Shown here: piece after piece, positions 62,903-64,000 of the stretch
Layout of the letters: each line of letters opens with the position of its first letter
Numbering within the stretch: position 1 is the first letter of the stretch
From: Saccostrea cucullata
Taxonomy: Eukaryota
Reading direction: 5' to 3'
Assembly (NCBI RefSeq): GCF_032062105.1
Contig: NW_026940645.1
Span: forward strand, 1 to 64,000
DNA: 64,000 nt
Translations under genes and position numbers: made by a program
The notes under the pieces: model-generated
Seen by the model: only the letters and a program-made list of their open reading frames with translations
Told to the model about the DNA's origin: nothing
Databases searched by the model: none

Positions 62903-64000
62903 TGAGGTGTAGTAGCACGGTTTAGGGTCTGTATATGCAGCAGTATTATGACAGTAAAAAAAATCAGCCGGGGTTTAACTATACATGTATTTTAAACTTT
63001 GCCTGGGTCGATATTAATTTTTTAGAGAGAGAGAGAGGAGAGAGAGAGAGAAGGATCAATGGTAACTCGTCATGGAAGATAGTGGGAAAATACAGTAAGC
63101 GAATAATCTTAATCTTATGAAATGTTAATGAAACCCTGAATCAAATAAATAATGACTACGGGACGGGTATAAATTGATCAAATGGACAAAGAAATTTGCA
63201 TCATTCAAAAAACGTGCACATTTTTATAAATCATATTCAAGTACCGGTATACTAGATTTTTTTTTCATGTAACGTGTGTGCAATGGGGGGGGGGGGGGCT
63301 TGTACATGTATGCTAGAGAGTTCGAAATAAATATATGTGAGCACTGGTTTGACGGACTACTGACTTCCAATTTTCACTACTTCGTAAAATATTTTACAGA
63401 CAAGTCCGCATTCTGCCTTATTATTATGTTAACATCGTAACACCCTACGCCTACCTACTTTAATGAGATGAAATTTAATTTCAGCAATTAAAATTAAATT
63501 AATTATAATTCACCGATAGCAACAGGGGAAAAATGGAAGGTACTAAAATTGAATCATGATTAAAAAAATACTGAAAGATTAAGTTTAAATACTAAATAGT
63601 GATCTAACCCCCTCGGCAATGTGAATAAACGGAGCACATGTCAAGTATGTAAGTAACTTACAGTGTCAATACTGTTTGTATCTTAAAGAGAGAGAGAGAG
63701 AAGAAAAATATTTGAGAATGGTGCTACATCTTATATTTGTCTTACCGCTGACCTAGTAAATATATATTTTCCGTAAGATTTCTATAATTGCTAGAACATG
63801 AATTTTTATAACTAGTCTGATAATTATTTATTAGTCTCGGACTTATGGGTACTTATGAACCCAGCGTAATCGGTCAACCAACCATTCATTTAGAATTAAT
63901 GTTTTAAGTGACAAAATTAACAAGACATAGTACAAGTTTATATATGGAATACTGTACAGTTCAATAGGGGAACTCCCGTATGAGCAAATGAAACCGGAAA

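Larger units (their letters stand above)
59577..62931 (-). mobile_element. Defective Tc1/mariner(IS630)-like transposon: TA TSD, 26-bp TIRs, subterminal minisatellites
   Basis: ta|cagaccctaaaccgtgctactacacc ... ggtgtagtagcacggtttagggtctg|ta. HTH-like remnant IIKYHASGSSTVKIRKLLEVNYNCKTTRQSVRRFL at 62420-62545; possible DL..LMWSEL remnant near 61045-61080. Confidence 0.8.

Noticed and set aside
59546-62925. TVRFVHG / TERYALC / KAYRSVH repeat ORFs
   Set aside because: Minisatellite translations on both strands; only the HTH-like part at 62420-62545 looks coding.

Overview
AT-rich eukaryotic genomic DNA, most likely a bivalve mollusc (oyster-like). This is inferred from the Deu-domain SINEs with (CAAT)n tails and the Helentron/HINE satellite-carrying elements. 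No intact host gene, rRNA operon or CRISPR array is visible. The window is a dense, nested collection of transposable elements. It holds a near-intact spliced hAT transposon (15903-19622), a decayed PIF/Harbinger-ISL2EU-type DDE_Tnp_4 transposase, and Gypsy, RTE and L1/Tx1 remnants. It also holds many MITEs with readable TIRs and TSDs, and a ~12 kb chimeric tandem array built from a transposase fragment plus a satellite monomer. The most striking object is a small non-coding LTR element (12346-13200). Its two repeats each carry the box A to box C segment of 5S rRNA, and it has a tRNA-Leu-type primer-binding site, so it looks like a Cassandra/Ajax-style Pol III TRIM in a bivalve-like genome. 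A second theme is six CAG-terminated elements flanked by 5-bp rather than 8-bp duplications. Family names come from recalled motif knowledge, not from searches.
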